DNA from: a bacterium
GTDB taxonomy: Bacteria; SAR324; NAC60-12
Direction: 5' to 3'
Length of the DNA: 64,000 nt
Assembly: GCA_965233585.1 (NCBI GenBank)
Contig: CBDDTI010000745.1
Location: 256,001 to 320,000 of the forward strand
The notes below the pieces were generated by a model, which did no database searches, was not told where the DNA came from, and was given only the letters and a program-made list of their open reading frames with translations. Shown piece after piece: positions 31,512 through 39,420 of the stretch. Numbering within the stretch: the first letter of the stretch is position 1; each line of letters opens with the position of its first letter. The position numbers and the translations under genes were made by a program.

Positions 31512-31520
31512 TGTTATGAT
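31512..31520 (+). promoter_or_regulatory. Extended -10 promoter conserved upstream of all three DUF1640-like genes
   Basis: TGTTATGAT here and on minus strand at 33735-33743 and 38567-38575, inside a conserved TGTCTTT.AAT.TGTTATGATTCTGG block. Confidence 0.6.
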
Positions 31521-31550
31521 TCTGGTTTTGACATTCTCACTTATCGGCTG

Positions 31551-32186
31551 ATGGAAACCGCATTACTTTTTGACACACTCAAGACTTCCAAACACTTGCA
31601 AGCTGCAGGCTTTGAACAAGAGCAAGCAGAGGCATTGACAGAAGAATTTAAGTTTGTGGTAGAAAGCAACTTTGCGAAACTTTCTACCAAAGAGCAAGTT
31701 TCTGGTTTAGAGACAAGCCTTAATGAAAAACTGGAGCAAAAATCCACCAAAGACCAAGTCTCTGGTTTAGAGACAAGTCTTAATGAAAAACTGGAGCAAA
31801 AATCCACTAAAGAGCAAGTCTCTCACTTGCAAGAACAGCTTGAGCAAAAAGCCACTAAAGAACAGGTGTCTCACTTGCAAGAACAGCTTGAGCAGAAAGC
31901 CACTAAAGAGCAAGTCTCTAATTTAGAAACAAGCCTTAATGAAAAACTGGAGCAAAAATCCACCAAAGAAGACATTCAAAATGTCAGAGATGAAATCAAA
32001 GACGTCAAAGATGAACTGAAAGAAGACATTCAAAATGTCAGAGGTGAATTGAAAGAAGACATCTATTCTTTAAAAGGAGAGCAAAAACTCCTGAAATGGA
32101 TGGTGGGTTTTGGCATTTCTTTAAATCTGGTGACGCTTGGAGTCGTATTAGCTTTTTTGTTTTCTTTTCTTCCTCCTGCCAAGTAA
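31551..32186 (+). CDS. DUF1640/CCDC90-like membrane-anchored coiled-coil protein, paralog A (211 aa)
   Basis: FDTLK..K.L.AAGFEQEQAEAL head; (S/A)TKEQV stalk repeats; C-terminal LLKWMVGF TM anchor. Confidence 0.85.
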   Translation: METALLFDTLKTSKHLQAAGFEQEQAEALTEEFKFVVESNFAKLSTKEQVSGLETSLNEKLEQKSTKDQVSGLETSLNEKLEQKSTKEQVSHLQEQLEQKATKEQVSHLQEQLEQKATKEQVSNLETSLNEKLEQKSTKEDIQNVRDEIKDVKDELKEDIQNVRGELKEDIYSLKGEQKLLKWMVGFGISLNLVTLGVVLAFLFSFLPPAK

Positions 32187-32193
32187 AAACCCT

Positions 32194-32262
32194 GTCATTG
32201 CTCACCTTGAGTGAGCAATCTCATTCTTCTTGGTTGAGATTCCGTGTCAAGTGCGGAATGAC
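32194..32262. repeat. Pair of GTCATT-type palindromes
   Basis: GTCATTGCTCACCTTGAGTGAGCAATCTC and GAGATTCCGTGTCAAGTGCGGAATGAC. Confidence 0.8.
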
Positions 32263-32313
32263 AAAGGGAGTTTGCAGGCTTGTTTTTTCGTCTTCTTATT
32301 CCCCTTCAGTGAA

Positions 32314-33085
32314 GGAAGTGTTTACTTGATATTGTTGTGATATTTTTCAAATCTTTTGTAGTCAAAGAAGAGTTTGAGAGAGTGATGGAGCATGTGAAAA
32401 GTTTTAGAATGTCGTTTAGATTTTCTCATGAAGCGAGCTAAGTGATCTCTGATAGAAGAGTTTGAAGATTCAATGAGATGAGTCTTGTCTTTGCCTATTT
32501 CATGCTTCTCTGGAATTTGAAGTTGTGCAAATGCCACTTGATAGCAAGAATTCGCATCGGTGTAAATCGTCTCTATCCTAGGTCGCTGTTCTTTGACGAG
32601 TGCATACAGCTTCTTGGCAGCTTCTAATCCTTTGCCTATCACAAAAGCAATCACGCATTGTTCTTGACGAGAATAAGCTGTCCAAACCGCTACTCTTTGG
32701 CTTTTTTTGAACAAAAGTGTAGATTTCGTCCATCTCTATACTATCTACTTGCTCACGGAAACTGGGTGCGTCTTTTGGGAGTTGAGATACTCTGGCTTTT
32801 TTGATCCAGTTGAGAACTGAAGCTGGAGGCACCTTGAGAAAACGAGCTATTTTTCTGATGCCTACGTTATTGACATACATTTCTAAGGCTTGACGCTTCG
32901 TCTCTAGTGGGATTCTCAACCCATTTGAAGTGAATGCTCTCTGACATGACTTGCAACGAGACCTTTGAACTCCTTTGTAACTTCCATTCTTCGTATAAGT
33001 CTGACTCCCACAATGATGACAACTTCTCATATTCATTCCTCAAATTCGCTCTCACATGCAATGACAATACCAACTAAACACTGCC
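32314..33085 (-). mobile_element. IS1-family element copy 2 (772 bp), probably inactive
   Basis: IRs GGAAGTGTTTACTTGATATT / AATACCAACTAAACACTGCC; frameshift run is A7 not A8, so a -1 shift meets TAG. Confidence 0.9.
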
Positions 33086-33147
33086 CTTGGCAAAGGGAAA
33101 AAAAGAATCAGAAAGTCAGAAAAAGGGAAGATTGAGAAAAAAGAAGA

Positions 33148-33241
33148 GAGATTGCGGGTCAAGGTAAGCAATGACAGGGGAATAAAGAAAATGCGAAGGT
33201 TGCCAACTTCATTAGTCATTCCGTGCTTGACACGGAATCTC
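33148..33241. repeat. Two GTCATT-type palindromes
   Basis: GAGATTGCGGGTCAAGGTAAGCAATGAC (33148-33175); GTCATTCCGTGCTTGACACGGAATCTC (33215-33241). Confidence 0.8.
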
Positions 33242-33284
33242 AAAAAACAAAAATCGTTTATCAAAGTGATCAATAACAGGGATT

Positions 33285-33704
33285 TTATTTGGCAGGAGGA
33301 AGAAAAGAAAACAAAAAGGCTAGCACGACTCCAAGTGTCACCAGATTTAAAGAGATGCCAAAACCCACCATCCATTTCAGGAGTTTTTGCTCTCCTTTCA
33401 AAGAATAGATGTCTTCTTTGAGTTCATCTTTGACGTCTTTGAGTTCATCTCTGACGTTTTGAATGTCATCTTTGAGTTCATCTCTGACATTTTGAATGTC
33501 ATCTTTACTGGCTTTTTGCTCCAGTTTTTCATTAAGATTTGTCTCTAAACTAGAAATCTGTTCTTTAGTAGAAAGTTTTGCAAAATTGCTTTCTACAACA
33601 GATTTAAATTCTTCGGTCAATGCTTCTGCTTGCTCTTGTTCAAAGCCTGCGGCTTGCAAGTGTTTAGAAGTCTTGAGTGTGTCAAAAAGCAAAGCGGTTT
33701 CCAT
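33285..33704 (-). CDS. DUF1640/CCDC90-like protein, paralog B (139 aa)
   Basis: Same head and TM anchor as 31551-32186, short stalk. Confidence 0.85.
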   Translation of the reverse strand: METALLFDTLKTSKHLQAAGFEQEQAEALTEEFKSVVESNFAKLSTKEQISSLETNLNEKLEQKASKDDIQNVRDELKDDIQNVRDELKDVKDELKEDIYSLKGEQKLLKWMVGFGISLNLVTLGVVLAFLFSFLPPAK

Positions 33705-33792
33705 CAGTCTATGATTGAGAATGCCAAATCCAGAATCATAACAGATTCAAAGACAAAATAGAAAAAGAAAAAGGGAAGAAAGAGAAAAGAGT

Positions 33793-33870
33793 GAGATGCG
33801 GGTCAAGCCCGCAATGATGGGAACCTTCTTGATTGTCTTCCTGCTGTTGAACAGAAAGACAAAAGAAGGT
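33793..33870 (-). terminator. Long hairpin plus REP-like palindrome downstream of the lipoprotein gene
   Basis: ACCTTCTT..TGTCTTCCTG / CAGAAAGACA..AAGAAGGT inverted repeat (33823-33870); GAGATGCGGGTCAAGCCCGCAATGAT (33793-33818). Confidence 0.55.
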
Positions 33871-33903
33871 CGTAAAAAGAGGTTAAAAACGAAGGGTCAA
33901 CGA

Positions 33904-36900
33904 CTACTGTGTTTTTGAGCCATAATACCACTCACGACCCAGACCATTGGAACCTGTGAAGTAAAGTTTTCCATCAACCCAGTATGGATTGGCAGTGTTC
34001 CAAGTTCCACCAGTGTTGACATTGACAAACTTATTCTTTGGCTTACCTTTCCAACCAACCAAGACTTTGACAGCACCTGATTCGGTTGTCACAGCAATCG
34101 CATCGGCAGTTCCCACTTTGATTTTCATGAGTCCTTGAACAGATTCCACACCAAGTTTTCTAGTAGAAGCAGAGGCTCTTACAGCAGTTCCATTGTCTCC
34201 ATCTACCCAATACAAAGCACCACCAGCAAGAGTGTAGTAATCATTACCAGATTTGACTGCTTTGTTGCCTTCTGCATCTAAATCCCATCCAACATGAACT
34301 TTGCTGCCATTAGCGGCAGTTTTAACAACTCGTTTGGTGGTCTCTGTTGTACCTTTAGTCAACCAAACTCCACCACCATCATGTGTGAAGAATAACACAT
34401 CTCCTGCAACAGCAAGGTTGGTTGGTGTGATTGATGCTTTGTCAACTGCTGCAAGATTACCATCTTTGGCAGCCTCTACCTCAATTTCTTTTCCAACGGG
34501 AGTGGCCGCAGAAGACACTGAGTACAGCTTGTCTGCTTTCACTGCAATCAACTGATTCCCTAGTGCATGAATGGCAGTGATGCTAGCAAGGTCAGCTGGA
34601 GTGTCTGCAGAATCTTTGACCTCCTCAAAGCCATCTGCAAAGCTTTTCACATACTTCACATTTCCACCATCAAGACCAAAAAGTTTGTTGTTCACCACAG
34701 TCAAGCTGGTCAAGTCTGCTTTTGCTGAACCAGCAACCATAGAAGTTGCAACAATTTCAACCTTTCCTGCACTATCGGTTGTAGAAAGAGTGGCATCAAA
34801 GGTGTAGGTTTGTTCTGAATTAGAGAAGTAAACATTGTTACCGCTCACAGTCAGAGACTTGACGTCCAAGTCTGCAACAGAACCTGCACTGTTTGAAGTG
34901 GCAATTTCTGTAACGCCTGCTCTGTCAAGCGCCCCGTGAACATACAACTTCTTGTCATAGCTGAAATACAAGTCATCTGAATGCACGGCATACTTGCCTG
35001 CTTCTATGGCAAATGAGTTGTTGTTTTCTACTGCAGGAGCGGCATCATCAGCATCGGCAGCACCTTCTGCAATGGCTAATTTGCTGTATTTTCCAGAATC
35101 ATCAGCCATATAAATTTTGTCATCAACTACTATGTAATCCGTATTGGCAGCATTCAATGAAGCATTACTTGTCAAAGTTCCAAAAACACTTTTGACAGCT
35201 CCTGCTTGGTCTATCCAATAGAGTTGGTCTGTATCTGCTGCGTCATAGAAATAAATACCATCTTTTGCTGCAACAAACTTTGTTGTTGTTGAAGCAGATG
35301 CTGCCAAGCCTGTCACTTCAGCAAAGTCATCAACTGTTGTTCCATCTGCCCAGAAAACTCCGTCTAACCATGTTGCACTTGCTTTGTTAACAGTGACAAT
35401 CAAGGTGTTACTTCCATCTGGAACTACCCCAATGATTTCACCAGCTACAGCACCTTTTAGGTCAATAGCAGATGTGTTTTCTAATTCAACAGTAGTACCG
35501 TCAGCTGATTTAACAAAGACAGCTTGGCTGGCACCATTTGCACCATCAATGACAAAAGCACCATCTTTTGCAACAAAAAGTTTTGTTGTTGCAGTGGCAA
35601 TAGCAGTATTTCCTCCATCTTGAGCAAAGTCAGCAGCTGTTGTTCCATCTGCCCAGTAAACTTTGTTTAACCATGTTGCATTTGCTTTGTTAACAGTGAC
35701 AATCAAGGTGTTACTTCCATCTGGAACTACCCCAATGATTTCAGCAGCTACAGCACCTTTTAGGTCAATAGCAGATGTGTTTTCTAATTCAACAGTAGTA
35801 CCGTCAGCTGATTTAACAAAGACAGCTTGGCTGGCACCATTTGCACCATCAATGACAAAAGCACCATCTTTTGCAGCAAAAAGTTTTGTTGTTGCAGTGG
35901 CAATAGCAGTATTTCCTCCATCTTGAGCAAAGTCAGTAGCTGTTGTTCCATCTGCCCAGTAAACTTTGTTTAACCATGTTGCCCCCGTTTTATTAACAGT
36001 GACAATCAAGGTGTTACTTCCATCTGGAACTACCCCAATGATTTCAGCAGCTACAGCACCTTTTAGGTCAATAGCAGATGTGTCTTCTAATTCAACAGTA
36101 GTACCGTCAGCTGATTTAACAAAGACAGCTTGGCTGGCACCATTTGCACCATCAATGACAAAAGCACCATCTTTTGCAGCAAAAAGTTTTGTTGTTGCAG
36201 TGGCAATAGCAGTACTTCCTCCATCTTGAGCAAAGTCAGCAGTTTTTGTTCCATCTGCCCAGTAAACTTTGTCTAACCATGTCGCCCCCGTTTCGTTGAC
36301 AGTCACAAACAGTGTGTTTTCCGCAACTGCTCCGATAAAGTCGCCTTCTACTGCTGCTGTTGTTCCAAAGCTTAAACCAGTTGCTTCTAAATCATTGACT
36401 GTGCCATCTTTGTTAAGAAAAACAACGGTGCCATTATCAGCTCCTGCAGCAGACTTAATCACAAAGAGACCGTCTTTAGCAGCGTAAGTGATAGTTGGTG
36501 TTGCAAGTGTTAAATCGTATTTCCTTGCAATTCCATCTTTAAGATAGAACCAATCTTCTCCTGAGTTGATGATGACATCACCATCAGTCGTTTTGTAGAA
36601 AGCGGTGATGGCTTCAGTGATTTCAGGGTGGAGTTGTGCCAGTTCTGTGACGTCAGCGCCTTTGACTTTGGCAACATTGCGTGCTGTGACATCCTTATTG
36701 TAGTTGAAGAACAAGCTGTCTGCTCCTGTGACTACTTTAGTAGGGGATGTGCTAGCATTATCACCGCTATCTGGCTTAGTACCGTTGAAATTTTCAGTGA
36801 AGTTATATTCAAAGGCATAGTCGCAGATGTATTGGACTTTGCTAGTGTCAATCTCTGTTCCGGCATCGTTGTAAACGCCTGTGATTTTGACACCACCAAA

Positions 36901-37161
36901 GCCGTTGCAGTTGGCATCAGCAAGCGTGGTGCCTGGGTTGAAGGCAGTGCGTGTCTGCCCGTTTAGAACAGATGGGTCGTCATCATCATCGTCATCGTTG
37001 TTGTTATCATTGCCACCGTCATCGTTTCCTCCGGGAGTATTGGCAGCAGGGGTATCGCTGCTGCTACTGCTTGAGGAGTCGCTGTCGTTGGCACAAGCTG
37101 TTGCGAAAGCAATCAGCGCAAGGGGAGCATACTTTTTCAAATGTTTAAGTAAACGCATCAT
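33904..37161 (-). CDS. Large surface lipoprotein (1085 aa) with 101-aa tandem repeats, probable beta-propeller (ELWxxDGT-like)
   Basis: Signal ..LALIAFATA-C; Ser/Asp/Asn linker; VYWADGT / VWLTKGT / GREWYY motifs; Ala/Thr/Gly/Asp rich. Confidence 0.85.
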   Translation of the reverse strand: MMRLLKHLKKYAPLALIAFATACANDSDSSSSSSSDTPAANTPGGNDDGGNDNNNDDDDDDDPSVLNGQTRTAFNPGTTLADANCNGFGGVKITGVYNDAGTEIDTSKVQYICDYAFEYNFTENFNGTKPDSGDNASTSPTKVVTGADSLFFNYNKDVTARNVAKVKGADVTELAQLHPEITEAITAFYKTTDGDVIINSGEDWFYLKDGIARKYDLTLATPTITYAAKDGLFVIKSAAGADNGTVVFLNKDGTVNDLEATGLSFGTTAAVEGDFIGAVAENTLFVTVNETGATWLDKVYWADGTKTADFAQDGGSTAIATATTKLFAAKDGAFVIDGANGASQAVFVKSADGTTVELEDTSAIDLKGAVAAEIIGVVPDGSNTLIVTVNKTGATWLNKVYWADGTTATDFAQDGGNTAIATATTKLFAAKDGAFVIDGANGASQAVFVKSADGTTVELENTSAIDLKGAVAAEIIGVVPDGSNTLIVTVNKANATWLNKVYWADGTTAADFAQDGGNTAIATATTKLFVAKDGAFVIDGANGASQAVFVKSADGTTVELENTSAIDLKGAVAGEIIGVVPDGSNTLIVTVNKASATWLDGVFWADGTTVDDFAEVTGLAASASTTTKFVAAKDGIYFYDAADTDQLYWIDQAGAVKSVFGTLTSNASLNAANTDYIVVDDKIYMADDSGKYSKLAIAEGAADADDAAPAVENNNSFAIEAGKYAVHSDDLYFSYDKKLYVHGALDRAGVTEIATSNSAGSVADLDVKSLTVSGNNVYFSNSEQTYTFDATLSTTDSAGKVEIVATSMVAGSAKADLTSLTVVNNKLFGLDGGNVKYVKSFADGFEEVKDSADTPADLASITAIHALGNQLIAVKADKLYSVSSAATPVGKEIEVEAAKDGNLAAVDKASITPTNLAVAGDVLFFTHDGGGVWLTKGTTETTKRVVKTAANGSKVHVGWDLDAEGNKAVKSGNDYYTLAGGALYWVDGDNGTAVRASASTRKLGVESVQGLMKIKVGTADAIAVTTESGAVKVLVGWKGKPKNKFVNVNTGGTWNTANPYWVDGKLYFTGSNGLGREWYYGSKTQ
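35342..36290. repeat. Three near-identical 303-bp (101-aa) tandem repeats
   Basis: CCATCTGCCCAG at 35342, 35645, 35948, 36251. Confidence 0.95.
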
Positions 37162-37234
37162 AATAGATTACCTTTCTCAAAATAGGTTAGGTTAATGGCA
37201 GCCCAAAAAATCCCAATGATTCTTTGAGCGGGGT

Positions 37235-37337
37235 CTATCTCAGAGGCGGTCTTGATTTGAACCAAAAGACTAAAATGAGGATAAAAATCTTCCGAGCATG
37301 ATGATCTGTTTCATGTCAAATCAAGACGCTGAGATAG
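37235..37337 (-). promoter_or_regulatory. Structured 5' UTR of lipoprotein gene
   Basis: CTATCTCAG/CTGAGATAG and GTCTTGATTTGA/TCAAATCAAGAC perfect complementary pairs enclosing 55 nt. Confidence 0.7.
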
Positions 37338-37348
37338 GTAAGCGTGTT

Positions 37349-37376
37349 ATTTTACTTTGACAAAAAAAAAAGGCAA
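37349..37376 (-). promoter_or_regulatory. Putative sigma70 promoter with T10 tract overlapping the spacer
   Basis: Minus strand TTGCCT-16 nt (T9GTCAAAG)-TAAAAT. Confidence 0.6.
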
Positions 37377-37538
37377 GCCCCGAATGAAAAAAAATTGAAT
37401 GAAACAGGTCAAAAATGTGTGTTGAGTGTGGATTTTTTGCTGGTTGAAGAGTTGGGAGGCAAGCAAACATAAGGCGTGCAGCGACATCAGGAAAAAACGA
37501 AAAAAGTTTTTAAAAAAGTGAAAAAAGTTTTTTTGAAA

Positions 37539-37579
37539 CACCCCGTCCCTTTGGGACACCCCTCTTGTCAAAGGGGAAT
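37539..37579. repeat. Intact double-hairpin element CACCCCG..CACCCCT-N-AGGGGAAT
   Basis: CACCCCGTCCCTTTGGGACACCCCTCTTGTCAAAGGGGAAT; halves of related elements abut the IS ends. Confidence 0.7.
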
Positions 37580-37595
37580 GAAACAGCCGTCAATA

Positions 37596-37737
37596 GAGAT
37601 TGCGGGTCAAGTCCGCAATGACGGTTTTTAAAGTGAGACATGACGAAAGGGCAAGTCTGCCAACGTCATCAGTCATTCCGCACTTGATGCGGAATCTAAA
37701 AAAACAAGATGAGATTGCGGGTCAAGCCCGCAATGAC
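37596..37737. repeat. Cluster of three GTCATT-type palindromes
   Basis: 37596-37622, 37672-37697 and 37711-37737 (GAGATTGCGGGTCAAGCCCGCAATGAC). Confidence 0.85.
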
Positions 37738-37781
37738 GGAGGAAGAGGAGAGGAATTTTGAGTTCCTTCAAGATAGAAAAT

Positions 37782-38537
37782 TTATTTGGAGGCGGGAAGA
37801 AAAGCAAACAAAAAGGCTAACATGACCCCAAGTGTAATCAGATTTAAAGAAATGCCAAAACTGACCATCCATGACAACAATTTAAATTTGCTGTCAATTT
37901 TCTCACTGAGATTGGCTTCCAGATAAAGAACCTGCTCTTTGGTGGCTTTTTGCTCAAGTTTCTCTTCTAAGCTAGCGACTTGTTCTTTGGTGGCTTTCTG
38001 CTCAAGCTGTTCTTGCAAGTGAGACATTTTTTCGTTGAGATTCTTCTCCAAACTAGCGACTTGTTCTTTGGTGGCTTTCTGCTCAAGCTGTTCCTCCAAG
38101 TGAGATATTTTTTCGTTGAGATTTTTCTCCAAACTAGAAACTTGTTCTTTAGAGGCTTTCTGTTCCAGTTTCTCCTCTAAACTAGAGATTTTCCCATTAA
38201 GGTTTGTCTCTAAAGCAGAAACTTGGTCTTTAGTGGCTTTCTGCTCAAGCTGTTCTTGCAAATGAACAGACTGTTCTTTAGTGGCTTTTTGCTCCAGTTT
38301 TTGATTAAGGTTTGTCTCTAAACTAGAAACTTGTTCTTTAGTGGCTTTTTGCTCCAGTTTTTGATTAAGGTTTGTCTCTAAACTAGAAACTTGGTCTTTG
38401 GTAGAAAGTTTTGCAAAGTTGCTTTCTACAACAGACTTAAATTCTTCGGTCAATGCCTCTGCTTGTTCTTGCTCAAAACCTGCAGCTTGCAAATGTTTAG
38501 AAGTTTTGAGTGTGTCAAAAAGTAAAGCGGTTTCCAT
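37782..38537 (-). CDS. DUF1640/CCDC90-like protein, paralog C (251 aa)
   Basis: Same head; longest ATKEQV stalk; TM anchor. Confidence 0.85.
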   Translation of the reverse strand: METALLFDTLKTSKHLQAAGFEQEQAEALTEEFKSVVESNFAKLSTKDQVSSLETNLNQKLEQKATKEQVSSLETNLNQKLEQKATKEQSVHLQEQLEQKATKDQVSALETNLNGKISSLEEKLEQKASKEQVSSLEKNLNEKISHLEEQLEQKATKEQVASLEKNLNEKMSHLQEQLEQKATKEQVASLEEKLEQKATKEQVLYLEANLSEKIDSKFKLLSWMVSFGISLNLITLGVMLAFLFAFLPASK

Positions 38538-38647
38538 TGGTCTATGCGTGGGAGGTTAAAACCAGAATCATAACAAATTTAAAGACAGAATGGAAAGAGA
38601 AAAGGCGTGACTACCCCGCTTGCTTGCGCAAGCACCGCTTCATTGAA

Positions 38648-39420
38648 GGCAGTGTTCACTTGTTGTTGTTATTGCATGTGAGAGTAAATTTGAGGAATGA
38701 ATATGAGAAGTTGTCATCATTGTGGAAGTCAGAATGACATCAAGAATGGAAGTTGCAAAGGAGTGCAGAGATAGTCTTGCAAATCATGTGGGAGGTCGTT
38801 CAGTTCAAATGGTTTGAGAATCCCACTAGAGAACAAGCGTCAAGCCTTAGAGATGTATGTCAATAGTGTAGGCATCAGAAAGATAGCTCGTTTTGTGCAG
38901 GTGTCTCCAACTTCAGTTCTCAACTGGATCAAAAAAGCCAGAGTGTCTCAACTCCCAAAAGACGCACCAAATTTCCAAGAGCAAGTAGATAGTATAGAGA
39001 TGGATGAGATCTATACTTTTGTTCAAAAAAAAGTCAAAGAGTAGCCGTCTGGACAGCAGACTCTCGTAGGGAGCAATGTGTGATGGCCTTTGTGATAGGC
39101 AAAGGATTGGCAGCTGCGCGAAAGTTGTATGCACTAGTCAAAGAACAGCGACCTAGAATGAAGACGATCTATACCGATGCCAACTCATGCTATCAAGTCA
39201 CATTTGCTCAATTACAAATTCCAGAGAACCACGAAATAGGCAAGAGAAATACTCATCTCATGGAATCTTCTCATTCTTCCATCAGAGATCACCTAGCTCG
39301 TTTTATGAGAAAATCTAAACGACATTCTAAAACTTGGGACATGCTGGAACTCTCTCTCAAACTTTTCTTTGACTATAAAAGACTTGAAAAATATCATGCC
39401 AACACCAAGTGAACACTGCC
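38648..39420 (+). mobile_element. IS1-family element copy 3 (773 bp), transposase pseudogene
   Basis: IRs GGCAGTGTTCACTTG / CAAGTGAACACTGCC; in-frame TAG in InsA near 38772; InsB ORF 39080-39412. Confidence 0.9.

Larger units (their letters stand above)
30627..39420. mobile_element. Putative IS1-family composite transposon
   Basis: Inverted IS copies at both ends; AAATTTTT directly before (30619-30626) and after (39421-39428). Confidence 0.6.

Noticed and set aside
31181..33073. Repeated small ORFs MVLSLHVR... at IS ends
   Set aside because: Alternate-frame readings of the IS left end and InsA
35384..36487. Repeated plus-strand ORFs (MFNHVA...)
   Set aside because: Antisense shadows of the lipoprotein's 303-bp repeats
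31434..37737. Palindromic repeats as a CRISPR array or integron attC sites
   Set aside because: Irregular spacing, mixed orientation, variable stems, no cas or integrase gene, no RYYYAAC/GTTRRRY ends
31551..38537. Diversity-generating retroelement or shufflon behind the paralogs
   Set aside because: No reverse transcriptase or site-specific recombinase in the window; differences are module-number changes, not adenine-specific substitutions
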